DNA of 62,422 bases, from assembly GCA_964632485.1 (NCBI GenBank), contig CAZWDO010000011.1:62001-124422 (forward strand). Direction: 5' to 3'. The notes under the pieces were generated by a model. The model did no database searches. It saw only the letters and a list, made by a program, of their open reading frames with translations, and was not told the origin of the DNA. The position numbers and the translations under genes are program-made. Every line of letters starts with the position of its first letter. Position 1 is the stretch's first letter. The stretch is from an uncultured bacterium (lineage in GTDB: Bacteria > JAGOEH01). Below, piece by piece: positions 59,953 through 62,422 of this stretch.

Positions 59953-62112
59953 ATGTCTAAGCCTTCGATTCCGTTTCGGTATTTGCGCTTACGGCATCTT
60001 AAAATACGTACGATGATCGTGTTGCCAGTCAGCCTAATCATCGTTATAGCCGGACTGCTTGCCATATTAGTCTTGCCGGGGCTGATTGAAAAAGCGGTTT
60101 TTGAGACAATTGATACGGATATTGACGAACGGATAAACGATATATATTCAGAGTTAGATAAGGAAGCAGCGTCAAACTTAACTATTGCGGCGTTGTTCAG
60201 CCAGCATTCGCGCGTCATTGAGGCCTACCGTATCGCCTGGCAGGGAAATATCGATGATCCTTATAGTCCCCAGAGTCAGCGAGCCCGTGAATACTTGCGT
60301 CATTATCTTTTAGGAGAACTGCGGGGATATCGGAAGATCATGGGGCAGAAAATCAATATTCATTTCCATTTGCCCCCGGCGCGAAGTCTGGTCCGATTGG
60401 GACAGGATTTTCAAATGAAGATTGACGGGAATTGGGTGGATATATCCGATGATATATCTCCATTCCGTAAAACTATTGTCGATATAAATAGCAACCAGCT
60501 TGACAAAATTACCGGGATTGAAATCGGGCGCAGTGGATTTGTCATTCGCGGGATTGTACCTGTCGTCGATAGCGTAAATCGGCGCTGGGGAAGTGTAGAG
60601 GTTTTTTCACCCTTCGATATTGTATCAAAATATATAAATAATACTCATGAAGCAATGGCCGTGTTTATGGACACTTCATTTTTATCGATTGCAAGTTCGT
60701 TGAAAAATCCTGAGAAATTTCCACTGATCAATGAGCGCTTTGTTTATATCGCTTCTTCCGACAGTGGGTTGGTCATGAAACTCGTAAGCGGAAACCTGTT
60801 GCAGAAAGGAAAAAAGGCAGCGGTAGCCCAAATTGATAGTTATCGACTGGCAGTGTTTCCGATTCACGATTATCGAGGACAATATATCGGCACAGCAATG
60901 TACATCCGGAACATTGGCGAACAAATGGCCATGATAAAAATGTTGCGTATAGCATTGGTCGGCAGCATGTTGTTAATTGTTATCCTGCTGATTGGCTTAA
61001 TCAGTTTGAGTTCCAGGATGATTATCCGATCATTTCTACGCTTCAAACAGATTTTCTCCGCTGCCGCTCGCGGTGATCTGACACAGGTTATGGAGACCGT
61101 TGATTTGTCCTGCTGGGAAGATAGCGGTTATTCAAAAACAAACTGTCCTGCTTACAGCCAAACCAACCCGTTGTGTTTTTTTCAAGCGGGCAGTTTGGCG
61201 TCCGGTTTCGGAAATGAAATCACCTGTCCTGCGCTTCGCTCCCGGCAATACAGCGGATGTAAAGAATGCCCGGTATATCGTATAAAAACCCACAATGAAA
61301 TTGATGATCTTGGGAACTGGTTCAATCAATTTATGGAAGCCATGCGGGATTTGATTCAACAGATTATGGATTCAGTGCATGAACTCAATGTGTCGCTTGA
61401 CGAAATCAATAGTGAGAATCAGGAACTTTCTGAGCGAACAATGACTCAGGCATCCTCTCTGCAGCAAATAGCCGCTTCAATCGAACAATCCGATGCCACA
61501 ATTTCCAACAATAGCGCAAACGCTTTCTCAGCTAATAAATTATCGGAAGATGCGGTGAAGCGGATCGAAGAGGGGCAAGCGTCCGTTATGAAAACGATTC
61601 AGGCAATCGATGAAATTGGATCCAGTAGCCAGAAAGTACGCAATATTACGGGGATGATCAACGGCATCGCTTTTCAGACAAATTTATTGGCGATCAATGC
61701 GGCGGTTGAAGCTGCCCGAGCCGGTGAACACGGGAAAGGCTTTGCGGTCGTGGCTTCGGAAGTGAGAAGTCTGGCTCAAAAAGTCAAGGAGCTTTCCGGA
61801 GAAATCTCTGCCTTAATCGGCGAATCAATGCAAAAAACTGCTCAAGGTATCTCGTTGTCCCGGGAAAGCGGCGAAATTCTTGCCGGTATGGTAAACTCCA
61901 TCACTGATCTCGATGAATTGATTCGCGAAATTAACCGTTCCAGCAAGGAGCAAAAAGAAAGCATAAGCCAGATTGCCAGGGCGATTACTCAATTGGATGC
62001 AATCACTCAACACAATGCCGCGCTGGTAGAAAAAAATACAACATCAAGTAAAGAAATTGCGGATCGGGCAGCAGAACTTTTCAATCTCGTAAAGAATTAT
62101 AAACTTGAATAG
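59953..62112 (+). CDS. Methyl-accepting chemotaxis protein (double-Cache-like sensor, HAMP with Cys-rich insert); start moved to 59953
   Basis: AGGAG RBS at 59941; IHFHLP...SLVR...DDISPFRKT...[36 protein letters not shown]. Confidence 0.93.
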   Translation: MSKPSIPFRYLRLRHLKIRTMIVLPVSLIIVIAGLLAILVLPGLIEKAVFETIDTDIDERINDIYSELDKEAASNLTIAALFSQHSRVIEAYRIAWQGNIDDPYSPQSQRAREYLRHYLLGELRGYRKIMGQKINIHFHLPPARSLVRLGQDFQMKIDGNWVDISDDISPFRKTIVDINSNQLDKITGIEIGRSGFVIRGIVPVVDSVNRRWGSVEVFSPFDIVSKYINNTHEAMAVFMDTSFLSIASSLKNPEKFPLINERFVYIASSDSGLVMKLVSGNLLQKGKKAAVAQIDSYRLAVFPIHDYRGQYIGTAMYIRNIGEQMAMIKMLRIALVGSMLLIVILLIGLISLSSRMIIRSFLRFKQIFSAAARGDLTQVMETVDLSCWEDSGYSKTNCPAYSQTNPLCFFQAGSLASGFGNEITCPALRSRQYSGCKECPVYRIKTHNEIDDLGNWFNQFMEAMRDLIQQIMDSVHELNVSLDEINSENQELSERTMTQASSLQQIAASIEQSDATISNNSANAFSANKLSEDAVKRIEEGQASVMKTIQAIDEIGSSSQKVRNITGMINGIAFQTNLLAINAAVEAARAGEHGKGFAVVASEVRSLAQKVKELSGEISALIGESMQKTAQGISLSRESGEILAGMVNSITDLDELIREINRSSKEQKESISQIARAITQLDAITQHNAALVEKNTTSSKEIADRAAELFNLVKNYKLE

Positions 62113-62168
62113 TGGGTTCTGCGGGGTTTTAGATAATAGCGGTGAATAGTGCTATACCCCCGTAATTT

Positions 62169-62420
62169 CTATTTCTTTATTGCATTAATCAATACAAATG
62201 GAATACTTAGCTTTATCCCTCCTAAATCCCTTGCATGATTGTTTAATTGCAATTCAATTGTTTCAAATATTTGTTCGGACTTATCTGCCGGCAATAGTTT
62301 AATCCATGAATCCATAAACGCCAGTCGGATAAAATAATGATTTAGCATTGCTGTCCCATTTGCGAATTTATAACGGATATTCCAAGCGCATTGAATCGAT
62401 AATCCATTGGGATTATGAAA
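62169..62420 (-). CDS. Partial CDS at the window edge, resembling the C-terminus of a class I SAM methyltransferase family
   Basis: 84 open codons ...YKFANGTAMLNHYFIRLAFMDSW...LSIPFVLINAIKK*; family assignment from recall only. Confidence 0.5.
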   Translation of the reverse strand, partial: FHNPNGLSIQCAWNIRYKFANGTAMLNHYFIRLAFMDSWIKLLPADKSEQIFETIELQLNNHARDLGGIKLSIPFVLINAIKK

Positions 62421-62422
62421 GT

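Noticed and set aside
768-62013. Numerous 60-150 aa ORFs overlapping or antisense to the large genes
   Set aside because: No RBS or family motifs; shadows of well-supported CDSs.

Overview
Ordinary bacterial chromosomal window, probably from a motile FCB-group organism: it has a T9SS-type C-terminal sorting domain, MCPs and CheZ, though the taxonomy is inference. It starts with tRNA-Arg(UCU) and a signalling block (CheB/CheR-PAS fusion, hybrid kinase, Cache MCP). Next come an AT-rich pair (lipoprotein Asp/Glu racemase, rsgA), an outer-membrane protein with a pseudo-receiver-CheZ, a ROK kinase-ppx-ppk1-argS-radical SAM operon, and RRM, RqcH and YfcE genes. Then follow a disrupted T9SS protein, a membrane spermidine-synthase-like protein, a hybrid kinase-tlyA-prmA run, a frameshifted POT transporter divergent from ornithine/lysine decarboxylase, another hybrid kinase and a CzcCBA-type pump. 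The window ends with a minus-strand block (recN, pgsA-like, two PPIases, RqcP-like, GT2, ychF, rsbW-like, PP2C), then tlpA-priA-pyrE and an MCP. I saw no CRISPR array, rRNA, prophage or intact transposase. The best leads are: a ~220-nt structured leader upstream of the decarboxylase (candidate polyamine-related cis-regulatory RNA); an in-frame A_AAA_AAG-stop slippery site gating CheB/CheR; a Cys-rich insert inside an MCP HAMP domain; a catalytically degenerate Ppx; and an RqcH/RqcP pair with a variant motif. All calls were made by eye from motifs; no searches or folding programs were run.
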